From Longimicrobiales bacterium (GTDB lineage: Bacteria; Gemmatimonadota; Gemmatimonadetes; Longimicrobiales; Gaopeijiaceae): a DNA stretch of 45,571 bases. Both the position numbers and the translations under genes were made by a program. This document shows, one piece after another, positions 1 to 8,174 of this stretch. The stretch lies in contig DASWKP010000355.1 in the NCBI GenBank assembly GCA_036396575.1, positions 1 through 45,571 on the forward strand, read 5' to 3'. Below the pieces are notes generated by a model. The model did no database searches. It had not been told where the DNA came from and saw only the letters and a list, made by a program, of their open reading frames with translations. Within the stretch, counting starts at the first letter, position 1. The number at the start of each line of letters is the position of its first letter.

Positions 1-207
1 GGTGTGCCGCACCGTGTCCAGAAGCGTGCCCCGACCCTCCACGGACGCGGACACGTCCAGGAAGACGATCTCGTCGGCGCCCTCGGCCTCGTAGCGGCGG
101 GCCAGCTCCACCGGGTCGCCCACGTCCCGCAGGCCTTCGAACTTCGTGCCCTTGACGACCCGCCCGTCCTTGACGTCCAGGCAGACCACCACGCGCGGCC
201 TCAGCAT
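1..207 (-). CDS. hisF: imidazole glycerol phosphate synthase cyclase subunit HisF (N-terminal fragment, runs off left edge)
   Basis: Minus-strand translation from ATG 205-207 gives [55 protein letters not shown]..., a canonical HisF N-terminus. It overlaps the hisB stop as ATGA. Confidence 0.9.
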   Translation of the reverse strand, partial: MLRPRVVVCLDVKDGRVVKGTKFEGLRDVGDPVELARRYEAEGADEIVFLDVSASVEGRGTLLDTVRHT

Positions 208-776
208 CAGGTCCCGTCCACCTCGCGCAGCCGCACCGAGCCCTTGGTGGAGAAGACGCCCTCGCCCCGGGCGGCCGAGGGGGACAGCGCCTGCCGGAGG
301 GCCAGGCCCACCGCCTTCACGGCGGCCTCGACGACGTGATGCTTGTCCCGGCCCCGGACGACCTTCACGTGGACCGTGGCGGCCAGGTTCGTGGAGAAGC
401 TGCGCAGGAAGTGCTCGTACAGGGGCGATGGCAGGCGCCCCTCGTACCAGGGCCGGCCTCCCACGTCCACGGCGGCCTGCACGAGGGCATCGTCCATGGG
501 CACCAGGGCCCAGCCGTAACGGGTGGCCTCAGCCGGAACCTCGTGAGCCAGTGCGAGCCCCAGCGTGAGGGCCACGTCCTCCACCAGATGGTGGCGGAGG
601 TCGCCCTCGGCCTCGAGCTTGACCGACAGGCCGGCGTAGCGGGCCAGAGTCTCAACCATGTGGTCCAGGAAGCCGTCCCCGGTGGCGACCTCGACGCCGC
701 CGGGGGCCGCGCCGCCGCCGATGGCCACGCCCGCGGTGATGCGGGTCTCCTTCGTCTCGCGCTCCAGCGTGCTCAT
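207..776 (-). CDS. hisB: imidazoleglycerol-phosphate dehydratase
   Basis: 189-aa ORF with [23 protein letters not shown] and [16 protein letters not shown] motifs typical of IGPD. It looks monofunctional, with no phosphatase domain. Confidence 0.9.
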   Translation of the reverse strand: MSTLERETKETRITAGVAIGGGAAPGGVEVATGDGFLDHMVETLARYAGLSVKLEAEGDLRHHLVEDVALTLGLALAHEVPAEATRYGWALVPMDDALVQAAVDVGGRPWYEGRLPSPLYEHFLRSFSTNLAATVHVKVVRGRDKHHVVEAAVKAVGLALRQALSPSAARGEGVFSTKGSVRLREVDGT

Positions 777-814
777 GCGTTCTCCTCTTTATCTCCGGAG
801 TCCTTGACGGGCCC

Positions 815-1528
815 TTATTCTCCGTACTCCATCGCCGCCCGGTTGCGGTCCAGCGTGCCCGTGTAGAGGGCCATGCCCAGGATCGCCCCGGCGGCTCCGG
901 ATCGCTCCAGCCACCGCAGGTCATCCATCGTCGTGATGCCCCCCGACGCCCACACGGGATGAGGCGAGGCGTCCAGGATGTCGATCATGACCTTGCGGTC
1001 GATGCCCTCCTGGCGACCCTCCCGGCCCACGTCGGTGCACAGGATGCCCGCCAGGGGGAGGCCCTTGAGGGAGCGGACGAACTTCGTGGCCTTGAGGTCC
1101 GATTCCTCCGTCCAGCCCCGGCGTAGCACCAAGCCCGCGCGCACGTCCGCGGCCACGACGATCCGGCCGCGATGCCGGCGGGCGAGGCGCTCCAGCCAGT
1201 CCCGGTCGTCCACGGCCCGCGTGCCCACGATGGCCCGCTCCGCCCCGGCGGCCAGGACGTCCTCGACGGCCTCGTCGTCCCGGAGGCCGCCTCCCACCTG
1301 GACGTCCACGTCCTGCAGCCCGCACAGCTCGCGGACCAGGGCCCGGTTGTGCCCTTCGCCCAGGGCGGCGTCGAGGTCCACGACATGCAGCGCCCGGAAG
1401 CCCGTGCGGGCCCAGTCCAGCGCGGTTTCTACGGGGTCCGGAAGGGAGACCAGCTCCTCCTCCGGGCGGCCACCCACGAGCTGAACGCACCGTCCCTGCC
1501 TGACGTCCACCGCTGGCGTGGCGATCAC
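815..1528 (-). CDS. hisA: ProFAR isomerase HisA
   Basis: In-frame GTG at 1526-1528 (VIATPAVDVRQGRCVQLVGG...) overlaps the hisH stop as GTGA. It carries VQVGGGLRD and ASGGITTMDDL motifs. The upstream part of the 466-aa track ORF is a non-coding extension. Confidence 0.85.
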   Translation of the reverse strand: MIATPAVDVRQGRCVQLVGGRPEEELVSLPDPVETALDWARTGFRALHVVDLDAALGEGHNRALVRELCGLQDVDVQVGGGLRDDEAVEDVLAAGAERAIVGTRAVDDRDWLERLARRHRGRIVVAADVRAGLVLRRGWTEESDLKATKFVRSLKGLPLAGILCTDVGREGRQEGIDRKVMIDILDASPHPVWASGGITTMDDLRWLERSGAAGAILGMALYTGTLDRNRAAMEYGE

Positions 1529-2133
1529 GGCTTCACCTGTGCATGGACCTGTTCGAGGAAGTTCGAGATGATCCGGCGTCCCTGGCTGGAGCTCTTCTCG
1601 GGGTGGAACTGCACGCCCCACGTCCGGCCCCGGCGCACGGCGGCAACCAGGGGCCGGCCGTCGCAGGTACTCCAGGCGATGCCTGCGGCGGCGTCCATGG
1701 GGGCGCAAACATACGAGTTGGCGTAGTACGCCACGAGCCCCGTGACACCGCCAAAGAGGGGGTCGTCGGTCGTGTCCACGTCGTTCCATCCCATCTGGGG
1801 CACAACGGCCGCGTCCAGGCGCCGCACCGAGCCGGGGATCAGGCCGATCCCCCGGCCCTGGCCCTCCTCGCTGTCGTCGAAGAGGAGCTGCATGCCCAGG
1901 CAGATGCCCAGGCAGGGGAGGCCGGCCTCCAGCGCCGAGCGGACGCGCGCCCGATCTTCGGGAAGCGCCGCCACCGCGGCGCTGAAGGCTCCCACACCCG
2001 GCAGGACGAGGGCATCTCCCGCCAGGGCCCGGCCCCAGTCGGAGGTGACGAGCACGTCGGCGCCCGCGCCCTCCAGAGCCTTGCCCAGCGAGTGGAGGTT
2101 GCCCGCTCCGTAGTCGAAGAGGGACACGTTCAC
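1525..2133 (-). CDS. hisH: imidazole glycerol phosphate synthase glutamine amidotransferase subunit HisH
   Basis: GTG 2131-2133 (VNVSLFDYGAGNLHSLGKALE...) overlaps the hisC stop. GICLGMQLL holds the catalytic Cys and VQFHPEKS is the class-I GATase motif. The rest of the 609-aa track ORF is an artefact of GC content. Confidence 0.85.
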   Translation of the reverse strand: MNVSLFDYGAGNLHSLGKALEGAGADVLVTSDWGRALAGDALVLPGVGAFSAAVAALPEDRARVRSALEAGLPCLGICLGMQLLFDDSEEGQGRGIGLIPGSVRRLDAAVVPQMGWNDVDTTDDPLFGGVTGLVAYYANSYVCAPMDAAAGIAWSTCDGRPLVAAVRRGRTWGVQFHPEKSSSQGRRIISNFLEQVHAQVKP

Positions 2134-3281
2134 GGGGTGGCTCCGGGGAGCCAGACGGGACGGGGCGCGCCGGCCCAGGCATCGGGGTCGGCGGCGCGGA
2201 GATCGTCGAGGGCACCCAGAAAGCGCTCCATAAGCGGCCACGGGCCCACAGTGACGCGGAGGGCGTCCGGGAGGGGCTGGGGAGTGGCCTTCGCGGCGCC
2301 GTCCGCGGTTCTCTCCCCCGGGAAGGGCCGCACCGCCACCCCCCGCTCCCGCAGGGCGAGCGCCTTCTCCGTGGGAGCGCGGGCCACCGGCACCAGGACG
2401 AAGTTGGCGCCGCTCGGCAGCGGCTCCAGGCCGCGGGCCTCGAGAGCCTCGATCAGCGCCGACCTGCACTCCTGGCACTCGGCCACCGTGCGCTCCACCC
2501 ACCCGCCGACGTCGTCCACCGCCGCGACCGCGGCCGCCCCGGCCAGCCGCCCCACCTTGTAGGGGCCCCGGGCCTTCTCCACCTCGTCGATCACCTCGGT
2601 CGGCCCCGCCCCCCATCCCGCGCGCAGGCCGGCGAGGCCGTAGGCCTTGGAGAGCGTGCGCACCACGAGGGTGCGGTGGAGGCCGGGAGCTTCGGCCACC
2701 AGGCTGTCGCCCGAGAAGTCGGCGTAGGCCTCGTCGACGATGACGAGCGGCGCGTCGGCGCCCCGGTCCCGGGTCAACCTCAAGAGGGCGTTCATCCAGG
2801 CCCGGGGGGCCACGTGCCCCGTGGGGTTGTTGGGCCGGCACACGTATACCACCACCGGATCGCCGGCGAGGAGGGCCGCTGGGTCCTCCAGGGCCTCCCC
2901 CCAGCCCACGGGGCCAGGTTCCCGGCCGTTCATGCGGCACAGGGGCTCCAGCATGGAGAACGTGGGATCGGCCCAGCGCACCAGGCCACCGGGCCCGGCG
3001 GCCGCGCGGAACGCCGCGTCCAGGATGTCGTCCGAGCCGCACCCGGTGCACACGTGCTCCTCCGGGACCCCGAATCGGCGGCTCACGGCGGCGCGGAGCT
3101 CGTCGGCGTAGAGGGAGGGGTAGCGGGCGAGGTGGTCGGGGCCCGCCTCCCTGATCGCCTGGAGCGCGTCCGGGTGCGTGCCCCACAGGTTGGTGTTGTC
3201 GCTCAGGTCCACCGGGACGGGTCGGCGGTCCGGGAGGTAGCGGGACAGGGCCCGGTAATCCTCGCGGGGGAAGGGGGTCAT
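2130..3281 (-). CDS. hisC: histidinol-phosphate aminotransferase
   Basis: 383-aa ORF whose ATG 3279-3281 overlaps the hisD stop (ATGA). RPNNPTGH and RTLSKAYGLAGLRAGW (PLP-Lys) are class-II aminotransferase motifs. Confidence 0.9.
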   Translation of the reverse strand: MTPFPREDYRALSRYLPDRRPVPVDLSDNTNLWGTHPDALQAIREAGPDHLARYPSLYADELRAAVSRRFGVPEEHVCTGCGSDDILDAAFRAAAGPGGLVRWADPTFSMLEPLCRMNGREPGPVGWGEALEDPAALLAGDPVVVYVCRPNNPTGHVAPRAWMNALLRLTRDRGADAPLVIVDEAYADFSGDSLVAEAPGLHRTLVVRTLSKAYGLAGLRAGWGAGPTEVIDEVEKARGPYKVGRLAGAAAVAAVDDVGGWVERTVAECQECRSALIEALEARGLEPLPSGANFVLVPVARAPTEKALALRERGVAVRPFPGERTADGAAKATPQPLPDALRVTVGPWPLMERFLGALDDLRAADPDAWAGAPRPVWLPGATP

Positions 3282-4639
3282 GGGAGGGTCTCCGGGATCG
3301 GGGTTCCGGCGGGGCGGGCCGGACCGGATGGGTCACGCGCTCCACGGGCGCCACCCGCCAAGGCGCCAGCGCGCAAGCGAGCCGCGTCCCCGTGGCCCGG
3401 CAGTCCCTCGGCCCCGGCCAGCACGGCCACGTCCTCCGCCAGCCCAGCAGCCGCTTCGGGCGAGACCTCCTGCCACGTGTACGAGCGCAGGAAGTGCAGG
3501 GCCGACAGCCCCGAGAAGCTCCGGGACGTGCCCGCGGTGGGGAGGACGTGGTTGGCGCCGGTTAGATAGTCCCCGTGGGCCACGGAGCTGGCCGGGCCCA
3601 GGAACGCCGTGCCCGCCGTCGGCACCTCGGCCAGGTCGTCCATCGGGGCAGTCGTGTACAGGGCCAGGTGCTCGGGGGCGTAGTCCCGGGCAAAGGCCAG
3701 GGCCTCGGCGCGGTCGTCGGCCAGGAGGAGGGCGCCCCGCCTGGCCAGGGCGGTCTCGATGACGTCCCGGCGGGGGGCGCGGCGGACCTGGCGCGCCAGC
3801 GACTCGCTCACCGCGTTCAGCAGCTCCGGTGAGGTCGTGACCAACGCCACCGCGGCGTCGGGGTCGTGCTCTGCCTGGGCCACAAGCTCCGCCGCGAGGA
3901 GCTCCGGGTCGGCGGTCGCGTCTGCCACCACCAGCACCTCCGACGGCCCCGCCGGCGAGTCGATGACCACCCTTCCCGCCACCTGGCGCTTGGCCTCGAT
4001 GACCCAGCGGTTGCCCGGCCCCACCACCGCGTCGCAACGGGGGATGGAGGCCGTGCCATACGCCATGGCCGCGACGGCTCCGGCGCCGCCCACGGCGAAG
4101 AGGCGGTCAGCGCCGGCCAGCGCCGCGGCGGCGAGGACGGCACCCGGGGGAAGGCCGCCCGGGCCCGGAGGCGAGCACACTACGATGTCCCGCACGCCCG
4201 CCGTTCGGGCGGGCACCACGCCCATGAGGACGCTGGAAGGATACGCGGCCCGGCCGCCGGGAGCGTACACGCCGACCACGTCCAGGGGCACGTAGCGCCG
4301 TCCAAGGCGGACGCCGGGCTCCGTCTCCAGGATCAGCTCTTCGGGGACCTGCGCCCGGTGGAAGGCCTCGATGTTCCGCGCGGCCCGCTCGAGAGCCGAG
4401 CGCACCTCGGGATCCAAGGCGTCCAGAGCCCGGTTCCAGGCGGCGCGGGGAACCTCCAGAGCGTGCAACTCCACCCCGTCGAAACGAGACGCCATCTCCA
4501 GGAGGGCCTGGTTGCCCCGGCGGACCACGTCGGCCAGGATGCCCCGGACGCTATCCTGGATCTCGGGCTCGTCAGCGGGCCGGCGCTCCATCAGGACGGC
4601 CCGCTGCTCCGGCGTCAGCTCCGCGATGCGCCCCTTCAT
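3278..4639 (-). CDS. hisD: histidinol dehydrogenase
   Basis: GGRAAYPSSVLM, AQAEHDP and HGDY motifs. Start set at ATG 4637-4639 (MKGRIAEL...) with GAGGG about 6 nt upstream. The alternative is an in-frame GTG at 4712-4714 overlapping the hisG stop. Confidence 0.85.
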   Translation of the reverse strand: MKGRIAELTPEQRAVLMERRPADEPEIQDSVRGILADVVRRGNQALLEMASRFDGVELHALEVPRAAWNRALDALDPEVRSALERAARNIEAFHRAQVPEELILETEPGVRLGRRYVPLDVVGVYAPGGRAAYPSSVLMGVVPARTAGVRDIVVCSPPGPGGLPPGAVLAAAALAGADRLFAVGGAGAVAAMAYGTASIPRCDAVVGPGNRWVIEAKRQVAGRVVIDSPAGPSEVLVVADATADPELLAAELVAQAEHDPDAAVALVTTSPELLNAVSESLARQVRRAPRRDVIETALARRGALLLADDRAEALAFARDYAPEHLALYTTAPMDDLAEVPTAGTAFLGPASSVAHGDYLTGANHVLPTAGTSRSFSGLSALHFLRSYTWQEVSPEAAAGLAEDVAVLAGAEGLPGHGDAARLRAGALAGGARGARDPSGPARPAGTPIPETLP

Positions 4640-4710
4640 GGCGACCCTCACGGGGGGATCGGCGAAACGAGCGTCCGCGCCGCTTCGGGCGGTACCCCGT
4701 CCGGGCGTTG

Positions 4711-5574
4711 TCACGGCATCAACCTCTCGATGCGGGTGACCAGGATGCCTTCGGCGCCGAGGGCCTTGAGACGGGCGATGGTCTGGAAGACCCGGTCCTC
4801 GTCCACCACGGCGTGGGCCGCCACCCAGGCGCCTCCGTCGGCGACCTCCACGATCGTGGGGCCGCTGATCCCGGGAATGACGGCCTTCACCTCGTCCAGA
4901 CGGGCTCGTGGCACGTTGGCCATCAGGTAGCGCTTGCGCTGGGCCCGGAGCACCGATTCCAGAGCGGCGACCACCTCGTCGAGCTGTTGGCGCCGGACCG
5001 GGTCCTCGGCGGCGGCTCCGTTGCCGATGAGCCGGGCCGTAGAGGTCATGACCGTGCCGACTTCCCGCAGGTGGTTGACCCGTAGCGTGGAGCCGGTCGA
5101 GACCAGGTCCACGATGACGTCGGCCACCCCCAGGTGAGGGGCGATCTCGGCGGAGCCGGACACGGGGGCGATCTCCACGGGCACACCCAGCGACTCGAAC
5201 CAGGACGAGGTGAGCCTCGGAAACGAGGTGGCCACGCGAGAGCCCGGCGGGACCTGAGAGGGCTCCCCGACGTCGCTACCCTCCGGCACCGCCACCACGA
5301 GCCGGCAGCGCCCGAACTCCAGGTCCAACAGCTCGGTCACGTCCCGGGCGCTCTCCGCCACCAGATCGGCGCCGGTGACGCCGGCCTGAGCCGCCCCGTC
5401 CGCCACGAACTCGGGAATGTCCGCAGCCCGCACGAAGATCGCCTCGAAGTCCGGGCCCAGAGCCGCCACCAGCGCCCGCTGGGACGTGAACTCGGCCTTG
5501 AGGCCCGCCCGCTCGAAGAGCTCGAGCGACTTCTCCGAGAGGCGGCCCTTGTTGGGAAGCGCGATGGTGAGCAC
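4711..5574 (-). CDS. hisG: ATP phosphoribosyltransferase, long form
   Basis: Start set at GTG 5572-5574 (VLTIALPNKGRLSEKSLELFERAG...), directly preceded by CAGGAGCCCCC. At about 287 aa it includes the C-terminal regulatory domain. The upstream 33 codons of the track ORF cover the attenuator and are not coding. Confidence 0.85.
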   Translation of the reverse strand: MLTIALPNKGRLSEKSLELFERAGLKAEFTSQRALVAALGPDFEAIFVRAADIPEFVADGAAQAGVTGADLVAESARDVTELLDLEFGRCRLVVAVPEGSDVGEPSQVPPGSRVATSFPRLTSSWFESLGVPVEIAPVSGSAEIAPHLGVADVIVDLVSTGSTLRVNHLREVGTVMTSTARLIGNGAAAEDPVRRQQLDEVVAALESVLRAQRKRYLMANVPRARLDEVKAVIPGISGPTIVEVADGGAWVAAHAVVDEDRVFQTIARLKALGAEGILVTRIERLMP

Positions 5575-5601
5575 GGGGGCTCCTGGTCTGCTGGTCGGCA
5601 A

Positions 5602-5634
5602 GAAAAAACGCGGCCCGCACCTGGCGGGCCGCGT
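5602..5634 (-). terminator. intrinsic terminator of the his attenuator
   Basis: The minus-strand RNA reads ACGCGGCCCGC-CAGGU-GCGGGCCGCGU followed by UUUUUCUU. That is an 11-bp perfect GC-rich stem, a 5-nt loop and a U-tract, about 27 nt upstream of the hisG start. Confidence 0.8.
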
Positions 5635-5663
5635 CGCGTTCGGTGGAGTGGCTCGGTCGCTTT

Positions 5664-5753
5664 CTAGGGACACATCTCCACCGTCGCGGGGCCCGCGTGG
5701 GTCCCGTGAACATGACGATGATGATGGTGCCGCGAGGCGAGGCGAGTTTCCAT
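5664..5753 (-). CDS. his operon leader peptide (29 aa, 7 His)
   Basis: ATG 5751-5753 to TAG 5664-5666 encodes METRLASRHHHHRHVHGTHAGPATVEMCP. It contains a run of four His codons plus three more within 11 codons, and sits immediately upstream of the terminator and hisG. Confidence 0.75.
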   Translation of the reverse strand: METRLASRHHHHRHVHGTHAGPATVEMCP

Positions 5754-5773
5754 GGTCGTGAAAGGTAGGGGGC

Positions 5774-7144
5774 TCAGCGCCGCTTGACCACCCTCCCCCC
5801 CTGCATGACGAAGGTGACCCGCTCGGTCACGGTGATGTCCTCCAGCGGGTTTCCCGGGACGGCCACTACGTCGGCGAGCAGCCCCTGGGCGATGGCGCCC
5901 CGGTCCTCCTTGCCCAGGAGGTCGGCGGCGTAGACGGTGGCGGTCCGCAGCGCCTCCAGGGGGGACATCCCCATCTCCACATAGACGGCGAACTCGCACG
6001 CGTTCTCCCCGTGGGTGAAGACGCCCGCGTCGGTGCCGAAGGCGATCCGCACACCCGCCCGGATGGCCCGCCGGAGGCTCTCCCTCGCCAGAGGCAGGAC
6101 GTACTCGGCCTTCGCCCGGATGGGCGCCGGCAGCTCGTCCAGGGGGATGCGGTCCACCAGGCACGTGGTGGGCACCAGGTACGTCCCCCGCTCGATCATC
6201 ATGCGGATGGCCTCGTCGTCGAGCATGGAGCCGTGCTCGACGCTCGCGACGCCGGCCCGGATGGCGGCCTTGATCCCCTCGGTGCCGTGCGCGTGGGCGG
6301 CGACCCTCACGCCGTGCCGGTCGGCCTCTTCGACCATCGCCCTCAGCTCCTCCTCCGAGTACTGCTGCGCGCCCACCGGCCCTTCGAAGGAGAGCACGCC
6401 CGCGGTGGCGCACGTCTTGATGACCTCGGCGCCGTGTTTGATCTGGTAGCGAACGGCCTCCACAACCTCCCACGGTCCGTCGGCGATCCCGTCCTCCGCG
6501 CTCCCCTCCAGGATGCCCGGCTTGAAGCCCGTGTCGTCGCAGTGGCCGCCCGTGATCCCCAGGGAGTTGCGGGAGGGCACGACCCGGGGACCCGGGACGT
6601 CCCCCCGCTCGACGGCGTGCCGCAGCGCCACCGTGACGTCACCGCCGAAGTCCCGCACCGTGGTGAAGCCCGCCTCCAGCGTGACCCGGGCGTGCTTGGT
6701 CGCCACGAATGCCGCTGCCGCCTCGGTCCGGGTCACGGGCTCGGTGAACGACTGGGCGCCGATGATGCTGGACAGGTGCGTGTGGACGTCGATGAAGCCC
6801 GGCAGGAGTGTCACGTCGCCCAGGTCCAGCGTGGAAGCGTCGCTGGGGACGGAGGCCGGGTTCACGGCCTGGAGGCGGTCACCGGCGATGAGGAGGACCG
6901 GGTTCTCGACCATCTCCCCCGTGCGCACGTCCAGCATCCGCGCCGCCGTGAGGACCTGCGGCCGGTCGGTCTCCATCATGCCACCGCCCCGCGGAGACGT
7001 GACCTGCTGGGCGGAGAGAGCAAAGGTGCCGGACGCATCGCCCGGGCGAGCGGACGCGGTGGCCAGCAGCGGAGCGATAGCCAGGACGGTCACGGCGGCG
7101 AAGCCGGAACGGCACGGGAAGCGATCCAGCCGGGAGGGTTCCAC
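5774..7144 (-). CDS. secreted amidohydrolase-superfamily metallohydrolase (imidazolonepropionase / Xaa-Pro dipeptidase-like)
   Basis: GTG 7142-7144 is preceded by CAGGAGCCCCC. It has a signal peptide (AAVTVLAIAPLLATASA), an LLPGFIDVHTHL HxH metal site, and AAHAHG and FGTDAG motifs. Confidence 0.8.
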   Translation of the reverse strand: MEPSRLDRFPCRSGFAAVTVLAIAPLLATASARPGDASGTFALSAQQVTSPRGGGMMETDRPQVLTAARMLDVRTGEMVENPVLLIAGDRLQAVNPASVPSDASTLDLGDVTLLPGFIDVHTHLSSIIGAQSFTEPVTRTEAAAAFVATKHARVTLEAGFTTVRDFGGDVTVALRHAVERGDVPGPRVVPSRNSLGITGGHCDDTGFKPGILEGSAEDGIADGPWEVVEAVRYQIKHGAEVIKTCATAGVLSFEGPVGAQQYSEEELRAMVEEADRHGVRVAAHAHGTEGIKAAIRAGVASVEHGSMLDDEAIRMMIERGTYLVPTTCLVDRIPLDELPAPIRAKAEYVLPLARESLRRAIRAGVRIAFGTDAGVFTHGENACEFAVYVEMGMSPLEALRTATVYAADLLGKEDRGAIAQGLLADVVAVPGNPLEDITVTERVTFVMQGGRVVKRR

Positions 7145-7238
7145 GGGGGCTCCTGCGGGAGGGGAGAGGAGATTCGGATAGGCGGGAGGAGAAGGTCCAG
7201 TTCCTCTCTCCCGGCGTCAAGGCACTCGGCCTCGGGTG

Positions 7239-8057
7239 TCAGAACCGCGCGGTCAGCCCGATCGAGAAGTCGAGAACATCCCGAGCGTCAGCATCGAGCG
7301 GAATGCGAATGAAGAGCCCGGGGTGCCCGCCCGCGCCAGACAACGCCGCACCGAGGTTGAGATAGGCTATGAACCGTTCCCCGAACCCGTGGTCGTCATT
7401 CACGAGATACGACGTCTCCAGGTCGGCGCGTAGCTCCGCATTCCCCGCCGGGAAGCGGCCCCAGCCCGCGGCACGAGCGTAGACGAACACATTCACCAAG
7501 TCGATCGGCGCTACAGCCGCACCGCCCAGCCGCAGGCCGAGTTGGCCACCACCAATCGGCCTGAATGGAGTCCACGCCCCTCGAACGGAGAACGCGTCAT
7601 CGCCCCATTTTTCGAATTCTTCGAGGTAGGGGAGTACGCCGACGACCACGGCGAGGTCTGGGCCACGGACATTCGATGCTGTTGGAACGGTCAGGCCCAG
7701 GAAGCCGTTGAGGGCTCCGGGTTCGCCGAAGAGAACTGAGAAGCGGAGGTTGTGGAGAAACAAACTCGTGCCGTCGACAGCGTCAGCGCCGGCGATGGCG
7801 ATAGGCATGCCCAACTGGACGGACTGCCCCGGACCCACCCGGAAGATCACGTCGGCCTCCAGGATGGAGCTCCATGCGGCTAAGCCCCCAAGGCCTGGGA
7901 AGAACGGTTTCTCCCATTGGAGCGTGAAGACGGTCCTGTCCACGGGGTCTGGGGGGAATGTCTGCCCCTGGACATGAGAGGAGTTGAGGACGAGGGCGAG
8001 CGATAGCGCGCCGGCCCAGAACGTACGTGAAGACCAACGGGCGACGCGCGGAACCAC
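7239..8057 (-). CDS. hypothetical outer-membrane beta-barrel protein
   Basis: GTG 8055-8057 with AGGGAGAG upstream and a signal peptide (WAGALSLALVLNSSHVQGQ). Alternating hydrophobic strands end in a C-terminal ...IGLTARF. No family was recognised, and the region is visibly more AT-rich than its neighbours. Confidence 0.55.
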   Translation of the reverse strand: MVPRVARWSSRTFWAGALSLALVLNSSHVQGQTFPPDPVDRTVFTLQWEKPFFPGLGGLAAWSSILEADVIFRVGPGQSVQLGMPIAIAGADAVDGTSLFLHNLRFSVLFGEPGALNGFLGLTVPTASNVRGPDLAVVVGVLPYLEEFEKWGDDAFSVRGAWTPFRPIGGGQLGLRLGGAAVAPIDLVNVFVYARAAGWGRFPAGNAELRADLETSYLVNDDHGFGERFIAYLNLGAALSGAGGHPGLFIRIPLDADARDVLDFSIGLTARF

Positions 8058-8174
8058 CGTCTCTCCCTTGCAGAGTGACCTTGATGAGCGACTACCCTAC
8101 CCGACGACATGCCCGGAAGTTGCCTGTGTGCTGAACTCGAATGACACATGTCGTATGACAAGGCCCAACGTGGG

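Larger units (their letters stand above)
5602..5753 (-). promoter_or_regulatory. histidine-responsive transcription attenuator (leader ORF plus alternative hairpins)
   Basis: Leader-distal segment GCGGGCC..CGCG..CGGUGGAG (about 5676-5697) is complementary to CUCCACCG..CGCG..GGCCCGC (about 5611-5648). The latter includes the 5-prime arm of the terminator, giving mutually exclusive antiterminator and terminator folds. Confidence 0.7.

Noticed and set aside
5664-6473. 269-aa minus-strand ORF overlapping the amidohydrolase gene.
   Set aside because: It is out of frame with a well-supported amidohydrolase and is RPG-rich. Only its last 29 codons, from ATG 5753 and downstream of the amidohydrolase stop, make sense, as the his leader peptide.
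7160-7200. Hairpin GGGAGAGAGG...CCUUCUCCUCCC after the barrel-protein gene as an intrinsic terminator.
   Set aside because: The stem needs a bulge and a G-U pair, and it is not followed by a U-tract. It also overlaps the likely ribosome-binding and promoter region of the next gene.
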